Assembly: GCA_022822625.1 (NCBI GenBank)
Contig: JAJEAV010000080.1
Location: forward strand, 34,258-98,257
Direction: 5' to 3'
DNA from: Gammaproteobacteria bacterium
Lineage (GTDB): Bacteria > Pseudomonadota > Gammaproteobacteria > Arenicellales > Poriferihabitantaceae
DNA length: 64,000 nucleotides
A program made the position numbers and the translations under genes. The notes beneath the pieces were generated by a model. It was not told the DNA's origin, did not search any database, and saw nothing but the letters and a program-made list of their open reading frames with translations. Below are positions 40,309 through 50,717 of this stretch, one piece after another; positions within the stretch are counted from its first letter, which is position 1, and every line of letters begins with the position of its first letter.

Positions 40309-41346
40309 TTATTGAACGATCAAGGAGGCGAGCTTTTCTGCACCGAATCGTACTACATCCTGAACCGGATAGCCTGTCTCAACTTCCAGTTCTTCTATTG
40401 CCTTGCGTGCATTCTCTTCGTCAAGTAGCGAGGTATTCAGTGCAATTCCGATCGTTGATGGATTCGCCAAGGCCCCGCAGGCTGATGCGACCTGTTCATT
40501 CAGTTGAATAAATTGCCTTAGTGGGGGAATCGCTATCTTCTCTGATGCTCGCAGTGAGGCAATGCCGGCTCGATGGCACATGACTAGATGTGTTGGACAG
40601 GCTCCTCGCATCAGGGGGAGTGTTGCCGTACTTCCGGGATGTAACAGGGAACCCTGTCCTTCAATGATGATAATGTCGGCATCACTTGCTTCCATTACCA
40701 GGGTCTCCACAGCGCCACAGGCATGGTCCAGCTTGAAACCATCCAGTGGAATGCCTTTTCCAGTGACTGTGATACCGATTTGCCCGGTTGCTAAAAAATC
40801 AGAGTCCAGGTTCGGGCATTGATTTTGAATCCACTTCCATATCTCGAGTCCTGCGGTCATCTTGCCGATTGCCATATCGGTTCCGACCATAAGAATGCGC
40901 TTGTTGGGGAGTGAAGCAGCCTGGGCACTGGCAATGGCCGGTGTAAAGGCAGGCTGGCGAACATCCCAGATCCATTGTCCGGGCTTCAGATTGCTGCCGA
41001 ACCTCTCATGCAGGGGGTCGTGCAGGCCATTGACAATACTCATGCCGAGTTGAATGGCCTTGCCTAGTGGTTCCAGCCAGTTATCCGGAATGCGTCCTCC
41101 GGAAGGAGCAATGCCGATGACCAGAACATCGGCACCGGTTTTTACGGCCTGATCGATATTCTGAAGTACGGGATAATCAAAAGGGAGTGGAGAGACATCC
41201 CTTACGGTTTTTCCGGCATTGGTTGAGTCAATGACACAGACGATTTTGTTTTTGCTGAAGCGCATAACGCCAAACCCCATTTTCCCAAAATCCGAATCGA
41301 GGTTTTCCTCCATGTAGATCGCAATTCGGTGATGGGGCTGTAGCAT
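40309..41346 (-). CDS. DUF1611-domain protein (DgcN-like family)
   Basis: 345 aa. The N-terminus HRIAIYMEENLDSDFGKMGFGVMRFSKNKIVCVIDS and the central VGTDMAIGKMT P-loop-like segment resemble DUF1611 proteins as I recall them. The family call was not verified by search. Confidence 0.55.
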   Translation of the reverse strand: MLQPHHRIAIYMEENLDSDFGKMGFGVMRFSKNKIVCVIDSTNAGKTVRDVSPLPFDYPVLQNIDQAVKTGADVLVIGIAPSGGRIPDNWLEPLGKAIQLGMSIVNGLHDPLHERFGSNLKPGQWIWDVRQPAFTPAIASAQAASLPNKRILMVGTDMAIGKMTAGLEIWKWIQNQCPNLDSDFLATGQIGITVTGKGIPLDGFKLDHACGAVETLVMEASDADIIIIEGQGSLLHPGSTATLPLMRGACPTHLVMCHRAGIASLRASEKIAIPPLRQFIQLNEQVASACGALANPSTIGIALNTSLLDEENARKAIEELEVETGYPVQDVVRFGAEKLASLIVQ

Positions 41347-41929
41347 TCAGGGCCTCTGGTTCCTATCATGAGTCTACTGAATCCACGGATTCAGAAATTG
41401 CTGGTGGGGGTCTGACTTTTCGGCAAACTCAGATTGTACTTGTCAATTGCCGGCACTTCTATATATGGAGGCCATCTCATTCTGTTCCTGAACTCATGAC
41501 CACAGTGGAGAATCTTCAACAGTGTGCATAACCGGACCCAGTAGTCTTATATGCAACGAGCCTGCGCATGCCCGCGTTACGGACGGAACCAGCATCGTCG
41601 GCTCTTGGCAAAAAGAACGCCCATCGCAAGTATTCAAAGCCTTGTGCATGCCAAGGTATACCCATACATGGAAGAAACTTTCCATGTTTCGTTTTCAGGT
41701 TGTTCGGTGCTGGTGCAGGACGGTTTCGCTAAATAGCCGAATCGAGATGGGCGTTTCATTCCGGGAAGAAAATGTGTCTGTTGCGTTGTTATCCTGTAAT
41801 CGATCCGGGTCGCGCATTTGATTTTGCCGCATGGCGAATCCGTTGTTTGGGGAACCGAGCGCATCTGCTGTACCTGGTACATCTCTGGTCTGTCCGGAGC
41901 AAGGCATGATGGCATCCTCGCCTACCCAA

Positions 41930-42076
41930 AGCGTTTTCCAATTCGGAAATGAGCCTGAACGCATGAAGAAGAGGAGTTGGTTCCGGGTTGTGGGATGAAA
42001 GGTTAATATGGTCCTTGATGTTAGGTTGACGAGAGGTTTGCAGTCAAGAGGAATCTGTTGCAGGTCCTGTGGAGTT
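41930..42076 (+). repeat. Partial IS1595-family fragment, an inverted copy of 30005-30150
   Basis: By eye it matches the reverse complement of 30005-30150 with about 8 mismatches in about 146 nt. No terminal inverted repeat and no intact ORF. Confidence 0.8.
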
Positions 42077-42234
42077 ATGGGTCGAGCCATGGAAGTGTGC
42101 CGTTGCAAAAAGATCATCCCTCGGCATCTGATTTCATATCGCATTACAATATCCAGGTGCGACCGTAAAAATGAACAACCCTCTATGCAAGTAAAGCCAT
42201 CAATCTGGCGGCAACTACCAATATACCTACTCTT

Positions 42235-43098
42235 ATGCACTTACCCGGCCTGGCTCGTCTATTACTGTTTCTGTCATTCACGGCGTTAGTAGGCTGTAGC
42301 CTTAATCTCCCGGAGATACTTAGTCGCAGTAGTACGCCTATCTCCACTCAAAAGGGCTCGCCGGCAAGTTACAGTGGCGGCGGTTACTACAAGGACGACG
42401 GTCCTCCAAGCGAGACTGTCGATATTGCACGAATTCCCGATGCGGTCCCGCAAGATGCGCCTCGATCACGTACCGGAAATAACCCTTATGAGGTGTTTGG
42501 CAAGCGATATGTGCCAATAGAATCAGCACACGGATTCGAGCAAACGGGGTATGCGTCATGGTATGGCAAGAAGTTCCATGGCAAGCGGACTTCAAGCGGT
42601 GAACCCTATGACATGTTCGCAATGACGGCAGCTCACCCCACCTTGCCATTGCCGACCTGGATCCGGGTTTTCAACCATGAAAACCAGCGTGCAGTGGTGG
42701 TCAAGGTTAATGATCGCGGCCCGTTCCTAAGAGAACGTATTGTCGATCTTTCCTATGCAGCCGCCACCAAGCTTGATATTGTGCGAAAGGGTACGGCACA
42801 TGTGACCATTACCGCAGTTTTTCCGGAGGGGGGAACTGCCGGCAATTACCAGGATAATGCATCGATTCAATACCTGGTCCAGGTTGGTGCCTTTTCCAAG
42901 CAGACCAATGCGGTGAGTTTACGACTTGATCTTGCGAACCTGGGACTTCAACTCTATCCAAGATCGTCATCGGAGACCCATGATGGCCTGTTTGTGGTCT
43001 CAATTGGGCCTTTTGATTCCAGAGATGAGGCCGAAATTATACAAAAGACCATTTTGGCCAGTATTGGCAAACGGGGAATTATCAAGGTTCATCAATGA
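42235..43098 (+). CDS. rlpA: Septal-ring lytic transglycosylase RlpA (DPBB + SPOR domains), lipoprotein
   Basis: Lipobox FTALVGC, DPBB block GYASWYGKKFHGKRTSSGEPYDMFAMTAAHPTLPLPTWIRV...VKVNDRGPF, and C-terminal SPOR motif YLVQVGAFSK. Confidence 0.9.
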   Translation: MHLPGLARLLLFLSFTALVGCSLNLPEILSRSSTPISTQKGSPASYSGGGYYKDDGPPSETVDIARIPDAVPQDAPRSRTGNNPYEVFGKRYVPIESAHGFEQTGYASWYGKKFHGKRTSSGEPYDMFAMTAAHPTLPLPTWIRVFNHENQRAVVVKVNDRGPFLRERIVDLSYAAATKLDIVRKGTAHVTITAVFPEGGTAGNYQDNASIQYLVQVGAFSKQTNAVSLRLDLANLGLQLYPRSSSETHDGLFVVSIGPFDSRDEAEIIQKTILASIGKRGIIKVHQ

Positions 43099-43327
43099 TT
43101 CTCCAGGAACGGAGTGTCTCATTGAAGACAAGGGCCTTCATTAGTCGGAAGCTCCGAACTTCAGTAGAGCGTTCAACCTCGCATACGGCAATACACAACT
43201 CTTTTTTCTCAATTCTGTAGTGAAGCAGGGCTTCAACCTATTGAGAGTTGTTTGGGCAGGTGAGGGAATGGCAGCAAGTCCTGCCCACAAGACCTTTTCA
43301 GAATACATGGGAAAAACGGGGCGGACT

Positions 43328-45742
43328 TTATTTCTTCATGCGCAGGTCCGAGGGGTCATAGGGAGAATCCTTCAGGATACGTGCTGCTACGCGGTTTCCA
43401 AGAATATCGACGTACAATGGTTGTTCCCCGGACGCTTCCTGTAGATAAGCCAGGGCAAGAACCATGCCGGTGCGGTGCCCATATGCTCCCGAAGTGACAA
43501 TGCCGACTATATGATCTTGCTCATAAACGGCATGCATGAAATAAGGGTCTACACCGGTATCTTCCAGCTCCAGAAGGTGCATGGACAGACGATCCGGACA
43601 TGTTGTCCGCTCAAGCAATGCATCTCGGCCCACAAAGTTTCGGTTCTCGGGTTTGACAAAACGCCCGAGGCCCGCTTCCACAGGCGTACGCTCAGAGGTC
43701 AGATCCATTCCCCAGGCACGATATCCCTTTTCCATTCTCATGGCATTCATTGCGAATGCTCCATAAAAACCCATGTCGAACTTCATGCCTGCCTCCCGCA
43801 GGGCCATAAAGAGCTTTTCCTGTTGATTGATGTCATGATGCAGTTCCCAGCCCGACTCTCCGATATAGGAAATTCGTAACGCCAGTACCTCAATGTCTGC
43901 AACACGGATTCTGCGTGCGCTTAACCAGGGAAACTCCTCCTGTGACAAGCCATCATCGGTGAGACAGGACAAAATGTTGCTGGCATTGGGCCCCATGAGA
44001 CCCAGTACGCCTTTGCGCGTTGTCAGGTTTTCAATATGTACGTCAGGAAAAAGTGCTGCCCGACGACGCAATAGGTCATGGTCATGACGCTCGGCTCTTG
44101 CAGCACCTGCAAGGTAGTACTGATTCCTTGCAATGCGCGTGACCGACCATTCGGAAATGGTGCCTCCGGAACTATGCAGCGCATGATTAAGGGCAATTTG
44201 TCCGTCCTTGGCAGGTGGGCGATTCGTGCCAAGACTTCCCATAAACCGGTCTGCCGAAGAACCTGATACCTCAAATTTGCTCATTGCACTTTGATCTCCA
44301 AGCACAGCGCCTTGCTGTGCCTGGAGGCATTCCCTGGAAACTGCCTGAAACCATTCGGCACGTTGAAAGCCGGGGACAACCCGAAAGTGCTCGTTTGAAT
44401 GAGCAAACCAGTTGGGTCGTTCCCAGCCATAGACGGCACCAAATACCGCACCTTCCTTTTTCAGACTTTCATAAACCGGCGTTTTTCGCTTTGGACGTCC
44501 AGCCGAGCGCTCCTCATAAGGATAGTGAACAGCAAATTGTGCGGCAAAACTCTCGACTGCCTTGGAGACCCGGTAATCACGGTCCACATAGCCACCGAAA
44601 CGCCTTGGGTCAATGGACAGGGCATCTGCTGGTGGATGTCCATCCACTATCCATCTTGCCAGAAAGTCTCCACAACCCCCGCCTTCCATGACTCCCATGC
44701 TTGAACCGGTCAGTAGCCAGGCATTGGTTTTTCCGAAAGCCGGCCCCACCAGTGGGTTGGCATCCGGTGTGAAGGTGATGGGTCCGTGTACGATATTCCG
44801 GATGCCGCCTTGGGATGCCGCTGGGATTCGTTCCATGCAATTCATGACAATATTTTCGATGCGGTCCAGGTCGGGCGGCAGCAAATCCATGCCAAAATCG
44901 ACAGGCACTCTGTCAATAGCCCATGTTTTGCCATTCCGTTCATAGGGGCCAATGATGATGCCATTCTGTTCTTGTCGAAGATACCAGCTCTCATCGGGGT
45001 CTCGTATCATGGGCAATTCGTAGCCCAACTGTGCATAATCCTCGACCTTGTTGAGTACGACATACTGATGCAGCATGGGCACAACGGGCACATCCACCCC
45101 CATCATGCTGCCAATTTCCCGACACCATGTTCCTGCCGCATTGACTACATGCTCGGAGCGGACTGATCCATGCGGCGTATGAACAAGCCACTCGCCAGAC
45201 ACTTCCTCAATAGCTTCGACGGGAGTATTTCGATAAATCTCCACCCCTTTGTTTCGTGCGCCGCGTGCAAAGGCATGGGTAGCCTGGGAGGGATCCACAT
45301 ACCCATCGCCTGGTTCATGGATGGCACCAATTATCCCTTCGGTTCGTACCAGGGGATAGAGAGACTTCAATTCGGAAGGGCCAAGAATATGAAAGTCATG
45401 ACCGGCATATTTTCCGAGTCCGCAAACCTGGCGAAATTCATCTAGGCGATGCGGATAACGGGTAATTCGCAAGGCTCCAACCTGATGGAAGCTCACCGGT
45501 TGTCCGGTTTTCATCTCCAGCATACCACTGTAAAGCCTGATGCTATGGGCCCTAAGGTTCATGATTGTGATGTCATGAGCAAAATGGGTGCACAGGCCTG
45601 CGGCGTGCCAGGTCGACCCGGCAGTAAGCTCTCGTTTTTCCAGCAACACTACATCCCTGACACCAGCCTCCGCTAGATGGTATGCCAGTGAGCATCCCAT
45701 GACGCCTCCGCCGACAATGACAACTCGAGCATGACTCTTCAT
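43328..45742 (-). CDS. FAD dehydrogenase-GcvT fusion (dimethylglycine/sarcosine dehydrogenase family), paralog 2
   Basis: VVIVGGGVMGCSLAYHL, AGSTWHAAG and the C-terminal GcvT-like YIGESGWELH. Size is 804 aa. The start lies 6 nt after the stop of paralog 3. Confidence 0.85.
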   Translation of the reverse strand: MKSHARVVIVGGGVMGCSLAYHLAEAGVRDVVLLEKRELTAGSTWHAAGLCTHFAHDITIMNLRAHSIRLYSGMLEMKTGQPVSFHQVGALRITRYPHRLDEFRQVCGLGKYAGHDFHILGPSELKSLYPLVRTEGIIGAIHEPGDGYVDPSQATHAFARGARNKGVEIYRNTPVEAIEEVSGEWLVHTPHGSVRSEHVVNAAGTWCREIGSMMGVDVPVVPMLHQYVVLNKVEDYAQLGYELPMIRDPDESWYLRQEQNGIIIGPYERNGKTWAIDRVPVDFGMDLLPPDLDRIENIVMNCMERIPAASQGGIRNIVHGPITFTPDANPLVGPAFGKTNAWLLTGSSMGVMEGGGCGDFLARWIVDGHPPADALSIDPRRFGGYVDRDYRVSKAVESFAAQFAVHYPYEERSAGRPKRKTPVYESLKKEGAVFGAVYGWERPNWFAHSNEHFRVVPGFQRAEWFQAVSRECLQAQQGAVLGDQSAMSKFEVSGSSADRFMGSLGTNRPPAKDGQIALNHALHSSGGTISEWSVTRIARNQYYLAGAARAERHDHDLLRRRAALFPDVHIENLTTRKGVLGLMGPNASNILSCLTDDGLSQEEFPWLSARRIRVADIEVLALRISYIGESGWELHHDINQQEKLFMALREAGMKFDMGFYGAFAMNAMRMEKGYRAWGMDLTSERTPVEAGLGRFVKPENRNFVGRDALLERTTCPDRLSMHLLELEDTGVDPYFMHAVYEQDHIVGIVTSGAYGHRTGMVLALAYLQEASGEQPLYVDILGNRVAARILKDSPYDPSDLRMKK

Positions 45743-45748
45743 GGCAGA

Positions 45749-48181
45749 CTACCCATCTCGCATCTTGTGTCCATATGGATCATAGGGAATATCTGGCAGT
45801 CTGGCTAGAGCGTGCATTTCGCCAGCTACCTTGATCGTAAATCCGGAAAGTCCGGTTTCTGCATTTATGCATTCGGCATCTATATAACCAAGGCACAGGT
45901 TTTTGTCGGTTCGAAAGCCTGGCCCACCGGAAGTGGTTCTACCAACCCACTTGTCGTTGTAGTAGATCGGTTCATCATGCAGTAGCAGTGGCCGTGAATT
46001 CGGTGTCTCGAACAAGACAAGCTTTCTGTCTATGACACGTCTGAGTCTAACCAATGCCTCCTGTCCCAGAAACCCGTCAGGCTTGTCCAGCTTTACCGCA
46101 AAATCCAGACCGGCCTGCCATGGGTTATCCTCCGGGCCTATATCCTGTCCCCAATGGAGGTAGCCTTTTTCCAGTCGACAACTTTCCATGGTCATTGCGC
46201 CTGCCATGCCCATTCCACCATTCTGTGCCACTTCCAGTACAGTGTCCAGTACCTGGTAGGCCTTGTGGTGATGAATCATCAGCTCCCAGCCCAGTTCTCC
46301 GACATAACTTAGCCGCGATGCTCGTACCCTTGCGCCTGCAAGATTGAACTGTCTTGAGGTCGCAAACGGAAATGACTGCTTTTCAAAGACTCCAGGAGCA
46401 AGTGTTGACAGGGCCACTCTGGAGCCGGGGCCCATAACCCCCAAAACTGCATACTCTCGGGTAATGTCCCGTACAGTTACCGTACCATTGTCTACATGTC
46501 TTAGTAGCCAATCCCTATCTCGGACTCTTGTCGATGAGGCACTGGTGAGCAGATAGGAGTTTTCACCTGTTCGAATCACGGTTAGTTCACACTCTATGCC
46601 GCCGCGCTCATTGAGCATCAGCGTGTAGACGACTTTTCCGATTGGAACACGGATATCGTTTGTGCAAAGCCACTGTAATGTTGCCAGTGCCTGAGGGCCT
46701 TCCACCAGTAATTTGGTAAATGGAGACAATTCAAACAGGGCCCCGGTATCCTGTAGCATCATGCATTCCCGTCTGCATACCGGCCACCAGCACTGGTCGT
46801 CATAGCTATATCGAATTTCTGCAGGTTCATTTGCATTCGCAAACCACAAAGGTCTCTCCCAGCCTCCTGTTTCACCAAATACTGCTCCATATTTCCGAAA
46901 ATGTTCATGCCACACGGAAAGCGTCCGGTTTCTGCCGGTTCTATACTGTTTTAGAGGCCAATGCATGTCAAACTGATTCGATACCGCTTCGATTGTCCTT
47001 TCCTGCAAAAATGCCTGGTCATTGTCTCCTGGCTGGAATCGCCTGATATCCACTTCCCACAGGTCAGCAGGACTTTCCTCCTGTGCAATCCAGTCAGCCA
47101 TGGCCTTGCCGACTCCCGGAGCAGACATGATTCCCAATGAGTTCATGCCAGCGGCAACATAGAAGTTCACAACCTCCGGACTGCGCCCCATCAATGGCCT
47201 GGTGTCGGGCGTGAAGCTTTCCGGGCCAGTCATGAAATACGAGATGCCAATGTTGCGAAAGACTGGAACACGATGCATGCCCGACCTGATCATGGGTTCG
47301 ATGTGTTCCCAGTCCTCTTCAAGCACGATAAAGCACTCAGCGGGATCGAACCTGGCATGATCCCAAAGTTTGGCATTGGACTCAAAAGCCCCCAAAACCA
47401 GCTTGCCCGTATCTTCCTTGATGTAGAGTGCACTATCCATGTCCCTGCATACAGGCCAGGGTTCCGGTAAATCGAGTATGGGCTCTGTAACAATATAGAT
47501 GTGCTCAACCGCCTGAAGAGGCACATTTACTTCGGCAAGCTTGCCAACAGAACGGGCCCAGAGTCCGGTACAGTTGACCACAACGTCACAGTCAAATTCT
47601 TCTCCTTGATCCGTAGTCAAGACGCTTGCCAGCCTGTTGTGAACCTTGATGGATGACACGCCGACGTGTTCGCGAATCCTGACCCCGGACTGCCTTGCAC
47701 CCTTGGCCAATGCCATGCACAGGTCAACAGGGTTGATTTGGCCATCTTCTGCCAGATGCATGGCTCCGACCAGATCATGATGATTGATCATGGGAAATCT
47801 CTCCGCCAACTCGTCCGGCGACAGAAATGAAGCATGGAGTCCGTTCATTTCGCCTATGGCAGCGATGCGCTTGAGTTCGGTAATGCGATCAGTACAGCCG
47901 GTTAGCCACAATCCTCCTGTTTGCCTGTATCCGGTAGATTGGCCGGTTTCCGATTCGATCATTTCAATCAGGGGCAGAGCATATTTTGCCAATGCAGTCA
48001 GGTTCTGGGTTGCACGTAATGGGCCGACTATGCCGGCAGCGTGCCAGGATGTTCCGCTCGTAAGCGTATTTCGTTCTAGTAACGTGATGTTTTCAAACCC
48101 CAGCTTTCCGAGATGATAGGCAGTGCTCAAGCCGATTGCTCCGCCACCGAGAATGACGATTTTTGCATCGCTAGCATTCAT
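45749..48181 (-). CDS. FAD dehydrogenase-GcvT fusion (dimethylglycine/sarcosine dehydrogenase family), paralog 3
   Basis: IVILGGGAIGLSTAYHL, SGTSWHAAG and the C-terminal YVGELGWELM. Size is 810 aa. Confidence 0.85.
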   Translation of the reverse strand: MNASDAKIVILGGGAIGLSTAYHLGKLGFENITLLERNTLTSGTSWHAAGIVGPLRATQNLTALAKYALPLIEMIESETGQSTGYRQTGGLWLTGCTDRITELKRIAAIGEMNGLHASFLSPDELAERFPMINHHDLVGAMHLAEDGQINPVDLCMALAKGARQSGVRIREHVGVSSIKVHNRLASVLTTDQGEEFDCDVVVNCTGLWARSVGKLAEVNVPLQAVEHIYIVTEPILDLPEPWPVCRDMDSALYIKEDTGKLVLGAFESNAKLWDHARFDPAECFIVLEEDWEHIEPMIRSGMHRVPVFRNIGISYFMTGPESFTPDTRPLMGRSPEVVNFYVAAGMNSLGIMSAPGVGKAMADWIAQEESPADLWEVDIRRFQPGDNDQAFLQERTIEAVSNQFDMHWPLKQYRTGRNRTLSVWHEHFRKYGAVFGETGGWERPLWFANANEPAEIRYSYDDQCWWPVCRRECMMLQDTGALFELSPFTKLLVEGPQALATLQWLCTNDIRVPIGKVVYTLMLNERGGIECELTVIRTGENSYLLTSASSTRVRDRDWLLRHVDNGTVTVRDITREYAVLGVMGPGSRVALSTLAPGVFEKQSFPFATSRQFNLAGARVRASRLSYVGELGWELMIHHHKAYQVLDTVLEVAQNGGMGMAGAMTMESCRLEKGYLHWGQDIGPEDNPWQAGLDFAVKLDKPDGFLGQEALVRLRRVIDRKLVLFETPNSRPLLLHDEPIYYNDKWVGRTTSGGPGFRTDKNLCLGYIDAECINAETGLSGFTIKVAGEMHALARLPDIPYDPYGHKMRDG

Positions 48182-48300
48182 GGGGTTTCAGGTTCCGTAT
48201 GGAAGGTCATCGTCCTGATCACTAGCCTTGACTGGTACGGAAAACCTGACGAGAAGTCCCATTCATGACCATATGTGTTCCGGTTCTGGTACCCATGGTT

Positions 48301-49845
48301 CTAGTAGTGCCTGTCTGGCATGGATGTCTTGCGCCTGTGCACATATTCCTCCAGGGCTTCATGCTTGTCTTTCGGTAGCAAGGGCTCTTCGTATTCCGCC
48401 AGATATGTCTTCCAGATCTTGTTTGCCCGTTGCATGGCGTCCAGCCTCCCTTCTGCATGCCATTGTTCATAGGAATTGCTGTCACAGATGCCAGAGCGAT
48501 AAAATGCATCCTCGAAATTGTTCAGAGTATGCTGACTGGAGAGGAAATGCGATCCCGGACCTACTTCCATGATTGCTTCAAGTGCCAGTGCTTCATTCGA
48601 CAAATCGACGCCCTGGCAGAAATTGATGATTTTTCCGCACAGGTCGGCATCAATAATCGTTTTTTCATAACCGGTTACCAGGCCACCCTCGAGCCACCCG
48701 GTTGCATGATTGATGAAGTTTGCCCCGGCCAGAATGGCCGCGATCAAGCCTGATGCAGACTCTTGGCCTGCCTGACTGTCAGGCATCTTGGAACTGGACA
48801 AGGATCCGACAGTATGAAACGGAACGCCAAGGCGTCTAGCCAGCTGGCCTGCACACAGTACAAGTTTCATCCCTTCGGGGTTTCCGAATGTAGGTGCACC
48901 GGACTGCATGGACATGGCAGTGGCGAAACTACCCATCAGGCAGGGTGCACCGGGACGAACAAGCTGGGTTAGAGCACAGACCGCCAGTGCCTCGGCAAGA
49001 ATTTGAGCCAGTGTGCCGGCAACGGTACAGGGGCTCATTGCTCCCGCCACGGTCCAGGGGGTACAGGCCACTGCCTGATTGTTGGCGGCATAGGTTTTGA
49101 GTGCTCCGGACATCGCAACATCCAGCACCAGAGGGGCATTCGTATTGGCAACAGAGTAGAGGACGCAGTTGTCATCAACGAAATCATCTCCGAACAGAAT
49201 CCTTGCCATTCTTACCGAATCTGTCGCCCGGTCTGCACCGATCAAGGCACCAAAACAGGCCCGGTCACTGAAACGGAAATGCCCCAGCTGCATGTCGAGG
49301 TGGCGTTTGTTTGTCGCTATATCCGTGGGTTCGCAGACCACCCCACCGGAATGGTGAAGCCAGGGAATCATCTGGTGGATTCGAACCAGGTTCTGGAAAT
49401 CCGATAATTTGCCATAGCGTCTACCCTCGTCAAGGTCTTGTATGAACGGTGGTCCGAACGAAGGGCAGAGCACGACATTGTTGCCCCCAATGACTACATT
49501 GTTGTCCGGATTCCGCGCATGCTGTACAAACTGTCGGGGTGCGCTGGCCTGTACTATGCTTCTCGGGTGACCGGGTTCAAATCGAACCAGGGTGTCCTGG
49601 ACGTCTGCCCCTGCCTGCCTGAACAGGTCCAGAATTTCAGGATCTCCCGTAAAGCGCATGCCCGTTTCTTTGAGTATCGTATCGGCATTCTGTTCAATGA
49701 TGCTCAATCCTTCTTCGCCAAGCAAATCAAAAGTGGAGATTTTTCTGCTTATATATGGAAATCGCAATGCCGAGTGCCTCTTGCGGGCGGCACTTCGTCC
49801 CTTTCTGCCTGTTCTGCTGCGATTTCTTTCAGAAGTTATCTGCAT
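48301..49845 (-). CDS. MttB-superfamily (trimethylamine methyltransferase-like) protein, non-pyrrolysine type
   Basis: 514 aa in an uninterrupted frame. The Arg-rich N-terminus (RSRTGRKGRSAARKR) and blocks such as RRYGKLSDFQNLVRIHQMIPWLHHSGGVVCEPTDI...KRHLD are typical of MttB homologs. Confidence 0.75.
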   Translation of the reverse strand: MQITSERNRSRTGRKGRSAARKRHSALRFPYISRKISTFDLLGEEGLSIIEQNADTILKETGMRFTGDPEILDLFRQAGADVQDTLVRFEPGHPRSIVQASAPRQFVQHARNPDNNVVIGGNNVVLCPSFGPPFIQDLDEGRRYGKLSDFQNLVRIHQMIPWLHHSGGVVCEPTDIATNKRHLDMQLGHFRFSDRACFGALIGADRATDSVRMARILFGDDFVDDNCVLYSVANTNAPLVLDVAMSGALKTYAANNQAVACTPWTVAGAMSPCTVAGTLAQILAEALAVCALTQLVRPGAPCLMGSFATAMSMQSGAPTFGNPEGMKLVLCAGQLARRLGVPFHTVGSLSSSKMPDSQAGQESASGLIAAILAGANFINHATGWLEGGLVTGYEKTIIDADLCGKIINFCQGVDLSNEALALEAIMEVGPGSHFLSSQHTLNNFEDAFYRSGICDSNSYEQWHAEGRLDAMQRANKIWKTYLAEYEEPLLPKDKHEALEEYVHRRKTSMPDRHY

Positions 49846-49935
49846 TGCAATGAAAACGGTAGTAAGAAGTAGTGATGGGAAATTTTATTGTATAATAATC
49901 ATAATTATGGTGATTGTCCAATATTTTGAATCAAT

Positions 49936-50619
49936 ATGAATGATATCGAGATAGGAGCATCGGACTCAATAACGTTGTGGGCCGATTTCGAGAATATGTC
50001 TCCACGCAGAACCCAGTCGGAAAATCAGAGGTTCAGACGTGCCAGCCTGCTTGCAGCCGCTATTATTTCAGTGGCCAAATACGATATTTCTGGGGCTACG
50101 GTAGATCGTATCTGTGCCCAGGCCGGTGCTTCACGAGGGCTTATTGGGCATTATTTTGACAGCAAGGAAGAGCTGTTGTTGTCGGCATTGTCTTACTGGT
50201 TTCAGCAGGCATTGGCAATTAAGCGGGGAATTGCCCGGCATCCTGACTGGTCGGCCAGAGAAAGGCTGAGAAAAATTTCCTGCGCCAGCTTTGAACCGCC
50301 CCTTTACGACTGGCACATTGCGGCAGCCTGGCAGGCGTTTACCAATGCAAGCCGATACAATACTGCCTATGCAGAGCCGATTCGAACGGCCAGCAGAGAT
50401 ACCCAGGCACTGGTTGCTCCCCTGTTTGATGAAGCAGCCAAAGACCTTGGCATCAAGATTGATGCGAAAGCCGCCGCTACTGGACTTTATATTCTCGATG
50501 ATGGGTTATGGAACAGTATGGCAACGGGCAAAGATGGACTGGTCCCGGAAATGGCCTGCCATTGCTGTGATGTCTACATCAATGGCTGCCTTTCCCATGT
50601 CATGGCCCCTGACGTTTGA
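49936..50619 (+). CDS. TetR/AcrR-family transcriptional regulator
   Basis: TetR_N HTH: RFRRASLLAAAIISVAKYDISGATVDRICAQAGASRGLIGHYFDSKEELL. The gene is divergent from the mttB-like gene across a 90-nt AT-rich spacer. Confidence 0.85.
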   Translation: MNDIEIGASDSITLWADFENMSPRRTQSENQRFRRASLLAAAIISVAKYDISGATVDRICAQAGASRGLIGHYFDSKEELLLSALSYWFQQALAIKRGIARHPDWSARERLRKISCASFEPPLYDWHIAAAWQAFTNASRYNTAYAEPIRTASRDTQALVAPLFDEAAKDLGIKIDAKAAATGLYILDDGLWNSMATGKDGLVPEMACHCCDVYINGCLSHVMAPDV

Positions 50620-50717
50620 ACGGTAGGGTAGACCGATTACATTGGCCGTGATCCGTGAAGTGGACTGATCCATGGCATGTCGTAACCAGTAATGCAGACC
50701 AGACTTGAGGAGAAATC

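Noticed and set aside
41695-42240. 181-aa minus-strand ORF
   Set aside because: It runs through the IS fragment in the wrong strand and frame, then through unassigned sequence. The apparent similarity to ORF 29732-30211 only reflects the shared IS nucleotide repeat, not a real protein.
48301-49845. Pyrrolysine (in-frame TAG) in the MttB homolog
   Set aside because: The 514-codon frame is uninterrupted and no pyl genes are visible, so this is the non-Pyl type.
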